Positions 11,379 to 26,396 of a stretch of DNA of 64,000 nucleotides are shown one piece after another. Position 1 is the first letter of the stretch. Each line of letters begins with the position of its first letter. The position numbers and the translations under genes are program-made. This DNA comes from Octopus vulgaris (taxonomy: Eukaryota): positions 111,166,001 to 111,230,000 of the forward strand of contig OX597816.1 of the NCBI GenBank assembly GCA_951406725.2, given 5' to 3'. The notes beneath the pieces were generated by a model that ran no database searches, was not told where the DNA came from, and saw nothing but the letters and a program-made list of their open reading frames with translations.

Positions 11379-11708
11379 CATACACACATTCATATTAATA
11401 CGTATGTGTGTGCGTGAATTTGCTCGTTTGTTGTTTTGTATCTCATGCTGTGTTGGTTCTCCATAAGAACTTGAATTTAGTATAGCAATACACAACCACT
11501 TAACTAATTCAACGAGGATTTTGTCAAGTTGATCCAACATTAGGACTGTCATAAGTAGAAGGTACCGTGTGAGTCCTCGAATGTGTGATTGTTTGTGTTT
11601 TTGTGTGCGTCTGTTGTTCCCGTTGTGGTCATTTATGTCAGCTCATAGACTAGCGTTTCTTCAAGCGGAGTTTGATACGAGAATGACTTAATAGAAATAC
11701 TTTGATAA

Positions 11709-12460
11709 CACTGGTCAAAAAAAAATTGAAAAGGTGTCGAGACACCAAACATCTTTGTTTAGCTAACTTGGGGGCGCTGAATCTGAAAATGACCTTACTT
11801 TTTTTTTTGGTTAGCTACCGTTTTTGCTGTACAGAAATGCCTCATTTGGAAGGGGGAACATTTTTTTCATTTATTTTCTGTATATTTGATATCGATCGAT
11901 GGCAAAATTTCTCAAAATAAAATCGTAGAATCCTCTCAATTCGTATTTAAACCAACAAATATTGGTCTGCTTATTAAGAAATACTATTTCTGCAATAATA
12001 ATCAGATCTTAACTCTTTAAATTAGCATGATTGAATATACCAAGACCAACAAGTATTTTCATCAAATCATTAAATAACAGCAGAAATAAAACCTTCATGA
12101 ACATAAGAACTATGGTAAAAAGTTTCTCTTTCTTGTTTGTCTATAATGTTCAATGTTATTTAAGTCCCTTTTGATACTCCAGCAGTAGTCAGCCATCATT
12201 CGTTTGTTTTGATATCCTGATGGAATCGTTCTCGTTGCTCATCAATCACATTGCCGCAATTTATCTAGATGGCTATGTAATAAAACGTGAACCTTAATAC
12301 TCATATTAGCGCCTATGTCCTGTAGAATTTTCAACAGCGTTTCCACTAACTCCATGTAGTTATTTACAGCATACTTTCGTGGACCCACGCGCGTTTCAAT
12401 TGCATCGACTGCACTCTTTAAGATATGCATCTGGTGCTTTTGTCAGTACAGTTTCATCAG
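11709..12460 (-). mobile_element. Chapaev-like (CMC) DNA transposon relic: 3' terminus plus transposase C-terminus
   Basis: Minus-strand frames give NMSIKVH..HSHLD, DEQRERFHQDIK and MMADYCWSIKR; terminus cactggtcaaaaaaaaattg...gggggcgctgaatctgaaaatg. Confidence 0.75.
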
Positions 12461-12670
12461 GGTCCGTTATTTACTGACATTCGAAATGAAGCTGAAGGAA
12501 TCAGCAAGCCAAGTAAATTAAGTTTTTTTTTTTTTTGGTGGGGGAGGTATTGGCGTTACTAAAAATAGTTGTAGTATTAAGGATCCATGGGTCATCTCTG
12601 CTAAGTTTGGTAGGTGAAGCGAGATACAGTTTTACATATAGGTCAAGATTAGATAAAAACATTTGCGCAG

Positions 12671-12985
12671 ATTCATTCGTACTATCAAAATGTTTATCGT
12701 TCTACTCATTGCAAGGAGAATACTACTACTTTTAGAGGTATTCAATTAATTTTGATTTATTATATACGTTTCTTTTTGTTGTCACAATTGTTACTCTAGA
12801 AATTTGTGGTTTTCTGGCTATATTAAGTGTAATATTCATTAGTACTATCAAAAACATTATCATTCTACTCATTTAAAGGAAATACTCTTATTTTTAGAGG
12901 TACTCAATTAATTTTGATTTATTATATGTTTATTGTTTTCAAAATTGTTATGTTAATAATTTATAATTTTCTAGCTATAAGTGTA
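12671..12985. repeat. Diverged tandem duplication, ~163-bp period
   Basis: attcatt-gtactatcaaaa...ttctactcatt...ttttagaggta-tcaattaattttgatttattata occurs at ~12671 and ~12834. Confidence 0.75.
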
Positions 12986-13129
12986 ATGCGTTTATTTGAA
13001 TTTCTTGAAAGTATATTTATTTGCATTGAAGACATCTTAAACAAGTGTTACCAGATTAAATTCAGAAGTAAAAATTCGGTACATTTCCTCAACACATAAG
13101 TCATATCGTCTTGATGACAAAGATCCCGA

Positions 13130-14270
13130 TATTTCTATCAAACACTATTGTGCAAATACTATTTGTTAAATTAAAGGGGATATTTTTTTTTATGTGTTTC
13201 GGGTGACATGCGTTAAACAGGAGATCTTGTTGACATTTTTTATCATAATACCCAACAGAGGGAGCTGTTCGATCGTAAATTGAATTTCGGGGTTTATATT
13301 ATTTAGTATTGATTTAAATTTCAAAAATTCATCAATAGTCACCTTCCAAATGATAAAGCAGTCATCCAGGCATCATTTCCAGATTTTTCTTATATAATGG
13401 GAAATGGATATCAATATTTTTGCAGTAACACTTCATATATGATGAATTCAAAATGTCCCATTATTAGGTTCGCATGAAGAGGAGCTGCTTTCGTTCCCAC
13501 CGCAATTTCATATTTTTTATGATAGTACGTGTCTCAAAATAGGAAATAATTATTCTGAAGCATAAATTTTAATATTTAAATAAGAAAAAAACCTGGTTTA
13601 TGCGTCCCGGAATTACTTCGGGATAATTTTCTAACCAGAATTTTATTACTTCTATTCTATAGTCATGTGGGATGTTGGTGTAAAGATTGATAGCATCGAA
13701 GGAAACCAATAATGTCTCTTCTTTAGTTCCTTCTTGGTAGGTGCTTCTCATGTCTAGATTGTCTCTAATGAAACATTTGATGTATTTCAGTGAAAGTTTC
13801 AGTAGGATGTCTAGAAAACTGCTTAGGCGGTGAGTTTCACAGGCTGGGCTAGCTATAATGGGACTTAACTTTAAGTCTTCCGACGCTTGGATATTTATGT
13901 ATTTACCTCGTGATTGTTTTCAGGCTTTATTAACTATCTTGCTCTTGTGTATTTTATGTAGGCCGTAAAAGACTAGGTTTTCATTTAAAGTTCGTGATAT
14001 AATCTATTTCTTTTTCTCTCAGGCCGTTTGCATGTAGAAGAATTAAGGATGCAATATTTCTCATTGTTTTTGTTGCTTATCGATCACAGCTTTTCGTAGA
14101 AAGTATCGTTTTCTAGCATGGGTAATACTAGATATTTGTAGTATTCTGTATCCATCAGAAGTATAGCACTCATTTGTCTGCTTCTTTAATTGTCAGTTCT
14201 TTGTTGTTTTGTAGTTCAATTAATTTTTTTTCCATTTTCGATTGTTGAGGTTTGAATATGTCACATCTAA
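13130..14270 (-). pseudogene. Decayed Penelope-like RT fragment (non-Naiad family)
   Basis: LLVSFDAINLYTNIPHD, GTKAAPLHANLIMGHFE and LDDCFIIW on the minus strand, with stops and frameshifts. Confidence 0.8.
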
Positions 14271-14962
14271 ATATGAATGCATAACCAACTTTGGTCTCAA
14301 TATATATTTTAATTCATGATCACATGCCCATCACTCTCTATATATCATCTCACTATTTAAGCTTTTTAGTTTTTGTGTATATTTATTTATCCCCCACCAG
14401 ACAGATGGACAATTACCTCCACAGTCACCTATAATAAAGTTGCAGGGGCTGCCAGAAGATAGTTTGGATCATTCCTCCTCATCAACTGCCTCATCAATGG
14501 ATTTTCTGTTTGGGTTTACTCCCTTAGATTTTCATACTTCTGTATATGTCTACAAGGCAGCAGAAACAGCCGCAGGTTGTACCATCTACTGCTATATTGG
14601 TAGCAGCACTAGTCTGACCTGACACATACACATGACGCGCATCCCCACCCCACCCCCACAAACAAGGATATATATAAAAAATAAAAATAAAGTGTAAAAT
14701 AATATATATATAAATAAAAGATATGCCATTGAGAAATAGAAGATAATATATACACATAAAAGTAAAAATATATAAGTAGAAATATAATTTAAAATATGAC
14801 ATATATATATATATTACAGACATTTTGTTGGATGAACGTTGAGTGTTCATGGAGTTCCTCCGCCCTTTGGTGGGGTTGCCAGTTTAGTCGCCAACGACCC
14901 GACCATGCAACAGGCTGTACTGGTTTACATGTTACCAGTAGCACTGTAGAGCGAACTGACCT

Positions 14963-14995
<33 letters not shown>

Positions 14996-16172
14996 TTATT
15001 GTAGATTTATATGTATATATACATATACATATATGACGTTACATAGATGTTTGCATACATAAGCGTATGCCTTTCTTCAACATGATACTAATATTAATAT
15101 CTATTTTATAGTTAAGGTGGTGAGATGAGAGAATCGATAAAATAAGTATCCCCTCCACTCTACTTTCTGGCCTTGTACCAAAATTTGAAAACAATATTAA
15201 TTCTAAAGCCATATTCATTTTGATTATGCAATATTTACTATAATATGTTTGATATGTGCAATAAAATCAATATCTAATAAAGAATGTAATATTAATATAA
15301 AGTATAAATTCATATAAATTACATGATATTACTTAATAATTAACAATAACCATATTTGTAATGAAATTATTCATATTAATAATTGCATTAATATCATTAA
15401 TAATTTGTAACATCGGCTATAATACATATCCTTTTATTATGAGTAACAATTATAGTTTTAAGTGTTACCTGCTTGGTAAATGTCTGTAAATTCCTAACTC
15501 TTCCTGCTTATTGTTTTATTGATTATTTAGCGCCTAAATTTACACAGCATGACTAACTCTTGGAAAAGCGATGATTGACTCTTGAATAACGTGACATATT
15601 ACACGTTATAGACATTTTATTACTGAATATATATTTATCAAATAAACTTTTCCACTGTATGCTGCGTGGGGATACCGCCCATATTTTCTATAACCCGCAA
15701 AATTTCATCATTTTCTTTCGATTGATATTATTGTTTATATATCCTTAAGATGATCTTATAATATTACTACCGTGTATATAATATTTAGCAGGTATCTGTG
15801 CGTCTATTTAAGCGTACGTATTGTTTATTTTGTATATATCGCTTGCTTAAAGTTATGAGTCATGTCTCTTGCCAATTACCTTTTTAGAGTAGACGCGTTC
15901 TGGATTTTCTTGGTATCTAAATGAAAAACTTAAACTACTTGAATGGTCGGCTGCGTTCCTTTCAAGATAACAGTATAGTCATTAATTGCCCATCAAAATC
16001 TCTCTTTGCGTATTTCGAATGATGACTTGCCTCGTTTATGTATATGAACTGTATCGATGAAAGAATTGTAAGGTAACTATAATATTCTTTGACCTGATGC
16101 GAAAGCCTTTTTACCAGTATTAATTTATAAATTATACGGCCAAATTATTTCATTTATGTACATTGATATATA

Positions 16173-19100
16173 CCGTATTTTCCGGCGTCGAAGATGCTTC
16201 CTCCTCGAGGACGCACCCTGATTCTAGCAACCAAAAATTTGAAAAAATTAATAAACACAAAAATAAGGTCCCGGCACTTCGGGTCTTGTAATCTTTACAG
16301 ATGCAATGGAAACAAAAAACATCACTGTAACCTCCAGCACGCCACTTAAACTGTTCCTAGTACGTATTTGCGCTATCCCTTACGTTGACTAACCGTACCT
16401 GTCTCCCGTTGTGACACTACACTCGTGTCTGTAAAACTAACAAAAGGCGGTACAGAGACATGGTATGATAAGTTTACGCCTACCTTTATGTACCCACTGT
16501 AATACTGAAACTACATTACGACAGGGATAGATTTAGAGGTGGTGATATGAGAGATGCACCCACCACTAACCAAAAAATTATTCAAATTTGACTGTTATAT
16601 TTAATCATGTGTGATGGAAACCATATATCTATACCAAGAAGAAACAACACTTGAAGGGTTCAATATAAAAATTTGTTTTTTCAGTATCTCTGAACATATT
16701 GCACTGTCATTTCATTGATCAATTGCAATGAATCAAACCTCAGACCCACCCTACCCAAGACATTTCTGGATCCACTCCTGCACTACGATACTCCAGTTCG
16801 ACTAGTCAATGTTCGGCCCAGCAGTGATTTTATCTTCGTGTGTTGCGTCAGGAATGTTCTTGGCCAATAGTGTATCAGTACATGCAAGTGGACGGGGCTA
16901 CAGCTAGTATTTTAAGATTTTGGTAGTATTGGATGTAGACTTAAACAATACTTTTTATTGTCCCAGACAAAGGACAAACTAAACTCCACAACAGGAAATT
17001 TTTTGTGAGAAATACGGAATAGTATTTTATTGCAGTTACACTTTGTAAAAATATCATGAACATGACATCCCGAACAGAAAAAAATAAAAATAAAATAAAA
17101 ATTACAGTAAAATCTACACAATAAAAGATCACTTCAATCATTTATAGAAGTACCATACAAATATAACATCCTAAATAGAACAAAACAAAAACAGAACAGT
17201 GATTAAAATCTGCACAGTGGAAATATTATCAATAAGAAAACATATTTTAATCTTCAAATCTAGAAAATATTTCACGTTATTACAATCTGGAAAATGTTCA
17301 CACGAACATAACAAAACAAACGTTACAATTAAATTACAATGGAAAAAGATTTAAAAGTGGGCAAATATTAAAGATACGACCATAAGGAAAATATCTTAAA
17401 AATCCTGAAAGCTGACTGCAATCATCCATAACCCCAAAACCAGAAGAATCATCAGGGTCATCAACACTGTCCGCAGTATCACTATCTTCAAACGGAATGT
17501 CATCCTCTGTGCCAAAGCAATTTTACTACTACTTCAATTTTCACAGTGTTCCATGATTTCAGGACCCACTCGCACACTTGAGCAATTGTTGGCCTTTTCA
17601 AACCACCTGTTGACGTTATGTCATGGTCCTTGGCTGTCATCCACTGATTCCACTCTTCTTTCATAAATGCCTTAAAATGCTTGTTGATTGATACGTCCAG
17701 TGGTTGTAATTGGCTTGTTAAACCACTAGGGATCACTGCCATTTTCGTTTTCAGTTTCTGTACCCTCTCTTTAATACTCTTTGTTTTGTGGGCACGCAGG
17801 GATGTTTTTGTAAGAAGGCCACTGGAACACCTTGACCAGAACTTATCTAGCCATAACTGCACTCCCTCTACATCCATCCACCCCTTTGGGTGGGCGTAAA
17901 AAACTTACACTAAGAATTTTGTCTAGGGTAAGTTTTCCTCTTGAAAATAAGTAGCGGTGGCAGTTTTCCTCCATCAGCGCAACACGGTAGTACTGCTTTA
18001 TAGTGGTTTTTCTCATGTCCAGATATCATTACATTTACGGTCTTGGACCCTTTAACATCCTTTGTTATATTTAATACCACATGAAGCGTTAGTGACACCT
18101 CATCAATGTTTCCGATCTAACCCAGTTCGTAGTCAGTCTCTTTTCTTGCAGTGATTATGAACCTGTGAAATTTGATTAGTTTCTTATAATCTTGAGGCAT
18201 TTTTGTGCTATTCTTGCTTTCATTCTCATTCCAGTCCGTGTCTTTTCATAAATCTGTAACACCAGGTTGATGTGCCACGAAAATCATCCAGACCTCGTGC
18301 TGCTGCCCTCACTTTTAATTCATCGTTAATCATTTTTGTTGATACTGAATAACATGAATTTCTCTCTGCAACTATCCCCTCTTTTATCTCTTGTTTCATT
18401 TCTGGCCACTTAACTGCTGTCTGATGTAGGTCATGTTTAAGTCTTCATGCCGGCTTCAATAGGTCCTTTTGATTCTTCCAGTAGCGGATCATTTTCTCGG
18501 CTGACGGTGCTCCAAATTGCTTCTTGGCAACTCTGCTGTCATGCTGTTTGACATATTCAAACACCTGTAGCTTGTAGCCGATTGTTTAAGAGTATCCTCT
18601 GCTTGAGGTTGCCATAATAACGGTTGTGCCAAAAGTTTTAAGTAAAATCTTCTGAAGATGCGGATCACTCCTAACGTCAGCGGGTCCAGTTTTGAACTGT
18701 TTAAGACCATGACTTTCCGAGATCAAGGAGGAAGCCTATGTTGCCGTCTGAACACAACACGTTTCATCACTGAGAGGAGTGAGTAAGTGATGTCTGAACG
18801 CAATACGTTTCATCTCAGAAAGTGAGTGATTATGCTAGCATCGTTCTTAATATTAGCTTGTAAATCCTTTTAACATACCGCAGTTTTACTTTCGTTCATT
18901 AATGATTTACCCTTAAAGTCAGGTTGTTTCAAGCGAGTAACAATATCGGCAATATAGATACACATGTAAAATATCACTCGTCAGTTTCTTCGTCTAACAT
19001 ACACTGCCCAAACGGGAATGAATATTTGTGATTGCGTATATTCTAAAAAAAATTATCGTACTTTTGTTTATTGACTACTTTAACAAAATATAATTTATAC

Positions 19101-19273
19101 ACTTCACTTAGCGGTCGTATACAGGGGGTCAGATTACTGACTAGCATAGATAGCTTTCCTCTAGGGTTAGGACATGCCTATGAAAACTGCAGCCTTCGAC
19201 CTCCAGGACGCATGGTAAATTTTTGAGACTTATTTTAGGTAAAATGTAGCGTTTCCAACGCTGGGAAATACGG
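16173..19273 (-). mobile_element. pogo/Tc2-type (POGK-like) DNA transposon, full length but decayed
   Basis: TIRs ccgtattttccggcgtcgaagatgct / agcgtttccaacgctgggaaatacgg with TA on both sides; DDE fragments GHEK...CCADGGKLPPLLIFKRK and AVIPSGLTSQLQPLDVSINKHFK. Confidence 0.85.
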
Positions 19274-19588
19274 TAGCTTATATCATCCATATACATTAAT
19301 ATTATATACATTAATATAAGTATGTAAAATGATTTATTATTTATGTATTTATTTATTATATGCTAAAATGAATTGTTTTTATATGATAAAGGATGGGGAA
19401 CGATCGTAGTTGAATGAATGTCAATTGGTGAAATAATTGTTTTCGTTTTGTACCTCCTCTCTTTCTTTATATTTTACACACTTCTAGTGAAATGATCATT
19501 ACCCGTTGTAATTATTGAATTTCAAATCATAGAACTATACAAGCACACACAGCCAGGTACATTCATACACACACACACACACACACAA

Positions 19589-19688
<100 letters not shown>

Positions 19689-22600
19689 ATGTATGATGAA
19701 TTTCTTTCAAGCCCCGTATATTACATCCATTCACAAGGCTTTCGTGGGCTTGAAGTATGTCGCTATACTGAAAGGCACTTTCCCAATCTGCCACACAGCG
19801 AGACTGAACCTGAATTCCCATGACGGTGAAGCAAACATCTTAATCACACAACCATCGGATAAACTGTGGAAAACAAAAGTTTGAATAAATCTTTGCAAAA
19901 TGATATCTAGTTTGATTAAGAAAATTAAATAACAAAAACTAAAATGCCTTATATTTTTAAATTATCAATCAATAACAGTTTTCTAATTAAAGAAATAATT
20001 TCTGTTGATGAAATGCACAATCATTGTTAAATAAATATTTCTGATAGCAATTTAATGGTGATGGATAGTTGATCATTACACCAACAAGAAACATTTGTGA
20101 GAAATATGGATAACATTTGCAATGAATTGAAAACTAAATACTAGGTACCTGGTAATATTTGTTTTAGTTTTCACTATCTGAAACCCGATGCATTTTCTTC
20201 AGCTGACCTGATAGGAAATTTATTTTAGCTGAGCCAACACAAATATTTAATCATTCAAAATTTTATTTTAATGAAGAAGGCAAACTTTGAGTTTGATGAT
20301 AGTTCTTATCAGCATGTGCAAGGGAAACAGCTCAAAACTTCTAAATAATTGGAATTTCAATGGTGGGTGTGAGTTTGATCTTAGGCAAGAGTATCTTTAC
20401 AAATTTGAACAGAGTTTTGTCTTATAACGACTCCACAAGAAATGATAGTCCATATCTGACCTACAAGAGCTTAAAATGACTGAGATAGATGAGCTTCTGA
20501 ATGTGGATGTTTCACATGCGAGAATTTCAAAACTATAATTGTGTATACAATATTTTCTGTTAGTCTTACAAAGAGAAATAAGAGTGTTCTTAGTAAAATA
20601 TCAAATAATAGCTCCTTAAAATGTAACTCTATATACTGCATAAATTTCATACATAAGATTTGAGTACACTCGAGGCACAATTCTGGTTTCTGGTTCACGC
20701 TAATCTGCTACTTAAACATTGCATGGATAAAGTCACTTCCTGTTTCTCTATATTCATATGAACAAAATTTAATTCAATGTTTGATTTAATTGAAATGCAT
20801 GACAAGGTGAAGGTGATTAACAATCAGCACAAGGATGTAAGGGATATTCTGTAACCAAGATTAACTACTTCCAGCGGTGGTTGTGTCACTATAAGCCCTC
20901 AATATTTTATACGGTATTTGTAACACTTGACTCACAAACTGAGAAGATTCAACAATGACTTAGAAAATAAGCTAACTTCAATTTGTGTAAGAGCAAGAAA
21001 GGGGGGGAAAATAATGCATCTTGTTTTTAAAAAAATATTGAGAGGTCCATTCAAACAAGATTGGCACTTTCAATTAAATAAATACAAAAGGAAATTATAA
21101 ATTTAGAAAGTAGGAAACCTTTAGCTATGTATATAACATTATGAAAGCTTTCAAGTTTTCCTTTCTGTCATTTTGAAGATTATTCAAATTGACAGTTTGT
21201 TTTTATAATGTTCCTGCAAAAGTGCAACTGCTTACAGAAATGACTAAGAATATTATGTAATTTAAATACAGCAGCAAATTGTAAATAGAAATTTCTGCTA
21301 AAAAGTTCCGTATTATAGCTATCTGATGTTAAATGATGTGTGGCCCTACATGACTTAGAAGAAAAGATAATACCAAATAGGCTTGATAATATAAAATGTT
21401 CAACAGGACTGCTTTGCAGTTAAAAGTTTTGAAGCCAATACCTTGTTTCGCATTGTAGAATTAGAAACTAAATATTAGCAAATATGTTTTTGTCAAAAGG
21501 TAAAATCTGGACAAAATTAATCTTGTATTAACATATAAGAATTAAGATGAAATAACTTGCTATTTTTCAAGAACCGTGTATTAAATGTTAGTATCTATGT
21601 ATTAAGTTACTAATACCGTATTAATATAAAGAGTAAATATCTAAGATTTAAATATTTTCAATGATCTGTTGATACAGTGTCAGCAGCTAAGCTATTAGTC
21701 AAGCAGTTAAGAATATATTAAGTACACTAACATACCTTACATGTGAATTGAAAGAAAGTAAACTCCATTTTGTGAAGTTATTAGTTCATACATTGCAATG
21801 AGATGAAATGATTGAGTGGCTTACATAATTAATAACTAAGATTTATACTCACTTATGAAGCATACAACTGTGAAATATTGTGACTGATGATATTCACTAC
21901 CGTTTTATTAATCTCCATTAGCATTTCACTCAGTAAAATATCAAATGTGATTTGCTGCCATCACTCATGAGATCCAAACACAGACTTTCATAATATCCTA
22001 ATATTAAAATGTAAAGTACCACAAAGTAGAATATTTTATAAATATATCTCTTCAAAGCAACAAACATTCCGAGAATCTGAAGACGTAAAAGTATTTCAGT
22101 AGCGATGTCTTTCTTTCTAAATCTTATTTTTTTTTTTTTACATTAAATCATTAAATATCTCAAAGTCTTATTGTATGACTATCAGATACATACTTCCGAA
22201 TTTAGTTAATATCCTTAACAGACGTAACTTATTAAATATACTAGCTGGACATTTCTAAATCTTTGTAACTTTTACATTAAAGGAGCATGAATTCTAATGA
22301 AGCAATTTCCACTTTCAAAGAATTTGCTTTCTTTGAAGTATATTTATGGATTTTAACTGCAGATAATCTCTGACCATATTATATAACATAGCATATTATA
22401 TAACACCGTATTTATTAATATGATTCCAAATATTCTCGAGTTCTAATTCTACTTTTACATATGTGTAGACGCCCTGCAAATTACAGCTATTTCATTTTAC
22501 GGAATTTTGCGCTTACGGAAATTGTAAAATACGTCCACTAATTTGGGAATGCGGTCAGGAATTTAACTCTCTCGAAAACAAGGTTAAATTTTAAGAACTT

Positions 22601-22876
22601 AAAAGCTACACTTTTTCCGAGTTGTAAAGGCTGCCTTTCGGTGTTTTAGCTTATACCATAGTAGTTAATTTGAAAATCAATTATCACGAAATGTTTATAG
22701 ATATATATACATGTATATATGATGAAGGGCATACGAATTATTGTATCCATCTCTACAAATTGTGAGGGGAAATTTTCACTGTGAATATCTGTGCGTCCAT
22801 TTGTGTACGTTTTCTTGGGCCATAAGGGGCATCTATTTATCCACACACACAACACACACACACATACACATACACA

Positions 22877-22947
<71 letters not shown>

Positions 22948-24198
22948 GGGGCTGGTATATGCGTGTGTGTGTAAGCATGCATGTATATTAATCTGTGCAG
23001 CCAACACTGTATCTACTATCAACACCAAAACCAATACAACCGCTACCATTACCAAAGTACCAACTCAACAATGCAAGGATCATGTAAAAAGATAAGCAAC
23101 CCATTTTTAAAAATCCATCACACGAGATATGGTTATCTAATATACTGAAAGTCGACTGAAATGCTTTCAATCTTAATTCAATGACAATTGACCTAAATAG
23201 CAATGAGAATTAAGTTGAAGCTAAACCGTAAAACTTTACAATTGGTTTGAAAAATGTGACAAGCACCATTCCCAACGATACCCACATTAGCACCAAAAAC
23301 AAAGCCAATGCAATCAATACCACCGCTATTACCAGCCCACCAACTTTTAAGTGACCAAAAAGCAACAATAACAGTATCAGCACGATAGTATTGTTTGCAT
23401 CTACATATTTTGTAAGTCAAGATAACATATATGGATCGATGAGTGTGCGTGCGTGTGTATACGTGTGTGTGTGTAGAGTGCGGAGTTTTTATGGCTCAAA
23501 TATCCTGGATACAAGGAATGAAGGGCCTACGACCCTGGTAGCCCTTCAACTAACTTTAAGGATACAATACTTCTTTCCGTTCACTCCTTCACCTTTCCAA
23601 GTTTTCATGGCTGTTTTTATATCTATTAGGACATAAAACACTTTTTGCGCACACAAACAATTCTTTCCTGGATAATTTGTTTGACTTAATATTTGTCGTA
23701 GTCACTGTTGACCGTTGCAGCTATTGGCTTTATTTACAATTCCAGATAACTGAAATCAAGCCATGAATGGTAACTGAAGAACCGTAAAATTATTACACCG
23801 GATATTAAGCTTGATGTCTGAAAAGGGCTTGATACAGAAGAAAAGAATAATTCCCGTGACCAAACATGAATGTTTGTAACATGTACAATAAGAACAAGAC
23901 GTGACAACATCGAAAAATTAAGCCAATGCCAAAGTAGTTACTTCTAGCTAGTAAACACTTGAAAGGTCCAAGGGAGGAATGAATTATCACAACAAAAATT
24001 GACAAACGATACTGTAGTGATACAAAAACTGCTATCAATAATCTTGAGTAGCTGAAAAATATAACTGATAGAGAGTGCTACTTCACCGACCAAGTATATC
24101 ACGTTGCCATATTTGCGCTTTGATAGAACATTGGTGCATGTCCATTTGTTTCTTGAAAACAAATATCAGTACAGTGATTGAAAGCATTTTAAAATAGT

Positions 24199-25837
24199 CT
24201 ATACGCTGCAACTGACAAACAGCTGGAAACACTATTAAAGACAGTTCATGGATTTACCAAAGAAATAGATATGAAATTTGGATTAGAAAAATGCGCCAAA
24301 GTAACCATGAAAAGAGGAAAACTAGTTAAGAGTAACAACATTACACTAGATAAAACCAATGAAATAAAAGAATTAGACCAAAGCCAAACTTACAAATACT
24401 TAGGAATCCATGAACTAGATAAGACACAACACACACAAATGAAAGAGAAAATAAAAAAAGAATATTATAGACGAGTTAGATCAATACTAAAAACAGAGCT
24501 CAATGCTAAAAACAAGATAATAGGTATCAACACTTTAGCTGTCCCAGTTATAAGTTACAGCTACAATATCCTTAACTGGACACGAAATGAACTGTCCAAA
24601 ATAGATAGGAAAACAAGAAAAATACTGACAGGATCTAGGATGCATCACCCAAAATCTGACATAGAAAGACTATATATACAACGTATAGAAGGTGGTAGAG
24701 GCCTTATACAGCTGGAAAACTACTATAAAATAACCACCATAGGACTGCAAAAATACCTACTCCAGAAGGAAGGAAAACTGATCCAGATAGCAGCAAAACA
24801 CGAGCAAATCAAAAAACTGTCCTCAGTATTTAAGGAAGCTGACAAATACAAACAAGAAATCATACCACCTAATAAACACAAAGAAGAAGAAGAAGATGAT
24901 GAAGAAACAACAAAAGCTATAAAACAAATGAAATCCAAACTAAAAATAGAACAGCAACGAGCCATGATAAAACGATGGCAAGAAAAACCCCTTCATGGTA
25001 AATACTGCACTAAACTAAACGCAAAAGAAATAGACAAAGAAAAATCCCAGCAATGGTTGAGAAGCTCAGGACTCAAAGCAGAAACAGAGGGATTTTTAAT
25101 TGCAGCACAAGACCAAAGCCTCCCCACCAGAAATTACCAAAAACATGTAATGAAAAGAAATATTACAAGTAACTGCAGAATATGTGTAGATGGACAAGAA
25201 ACAATAAATCATATTATCTCTAGCTGCCCAGTCCTGGCTAAGAAGGAATATATTCACAGACATGACAGAGTTGGAATCTACATACATTGGAAGCTATGCC
25301 AACATTATGGAATAACAACAGAAAAAAGATGGTATAGGCACACACCAGAAAAGGTCACAGAAAACGAGAAAGCAACCATACTCTGGGATATGCCGATACA
25401 TACAGATAGAGAAATTAAGGCCAACAGACCAGATATAGTTGTCAGAGATCATGAAGAAAAAAAATGCTTTCTAATTGATGTATCAATACCGGCAGATGAC
25501 AACGTGTCTCTAAAAGAAATGGAGAAACTCTCAAAATACAAAGACCTGGAAATAGAGGTAACTAGAATGTGGAACCTGAAAACAGAAACAATTCCTATCA
25601 TAGTAGGTGCATTAGGCATGATAAAAAAATATTCAGACAAATACATAACAAAAACACCAGGACTTACAAACACATATAACATACAGAAAATTGCACCACT
25701 AGGCACTGCACACATCCTACGTAGAACACTTTCCATACAATAACCATCAGAGCATCACAACAAATCACAGCACATACCCAAGGCACACAGAGCTGCGCTC
25801 GGTAGTGAAGTGAAAGCACGCTATAAAAATAAAACTA

Positions 25838-25840
<3 letters not shown>
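24199..25840 (+). mobile_element. R4/Dong-clade non-LTR retrotransposon, 5'-truncated copy 1
   Basis: Begins just after the RT YMDD motif (compare copy 3); short 3' UTR ends aataaaactactg followed by (AAT)n. Confidence 0.9.
24271..25743 (+). CDS. C-terminal RT/thumb + CCHC zinc knuckle + restriction-like endonuclease (truncated LINE ORF, 490 aa)
   Basis: KFGLEKC, YKYLG, GGRGL, CRIC..ETINHIISSC, RHD, RPDIVV...IDVSIP...KYKDL. Confidence 0.85.
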   Translation: MKFGLEKCAKVTMKRGKLVKSNNITLDKTNEIKELDQSQTYKYLGIHELDKTQHTQMKEKIKKEYYRRVRSILKTELNAKNKIIGINTLAVPVISYSYNILNWTRNELSKIDRKTRKILTGSRMHHPKSDIERLYIQRIEGGRGLIQLENYYKITTIGLQKYLLQKEGKLIQIAAKHEQIKKLSSVFKEADKYKQEIIPPNKHKEEEEDDEETTKAIKQMKSKLKIEQQRAMIKRWQEKPLHGKYCTKLNAKEIDKEKSQQWLRSSGLKAETEGFLIAAQDQSLPTRNYQKHVMKRNITSNCRICVDGQETINHIISSCPVLAKKEYIHRHDRVGIYIHWKLCQHYGITTEKRWYRHTPEKVTENEKATILWDMPIHTDREIKANRPDIVVRDHEEKKCFLIDVSIPADDNVSLKEMEKLSKYKDLEIEVTRMWNLKTETIPIIVGALGMIKKYSDKYITKTPGLTNTYNIQKIAPLGTAHILRRTLSIQ

Positions 25841-25896
<56 letters not shown>

Positions 25897-25907
25897 TGAT
25901 GATGATG

Positions 25908-25986
<79 letters not shown>

Positions 25987-26396
25987 TAATAATAATAATA
26001 CCAACAACAACAACATCCTGAGCCAGTCGTTGAAGGTAAAGATGTCACACAAGATTGTGCTGACAAGCATTGCCTGCATCCTTAACAAAACCCTATCAAT
26101 TAAAATTTTTGTGTTGTATTACATGAAGATATTTCGCTATTGTCCCTGCCATTCCCCCTCTCTAAGCTTTCAGTAATACTGTAACATTTCTTATCGTTCA
26201 CTCGCCCTAGGACACTGGGTGTGTCTCGAAAAGGATTGTAACAAACATGCAGGTTGAAAAGTAAATACTGCTGCTGCTGCTACTGCTGCTACTACTACTA
26301 CTACTAATATTGCCACTACTACTACTACAACTACTACTACTACTACTACTACAACTACTAACAATAAAAATAATATTAATAATAATAATAATAATG

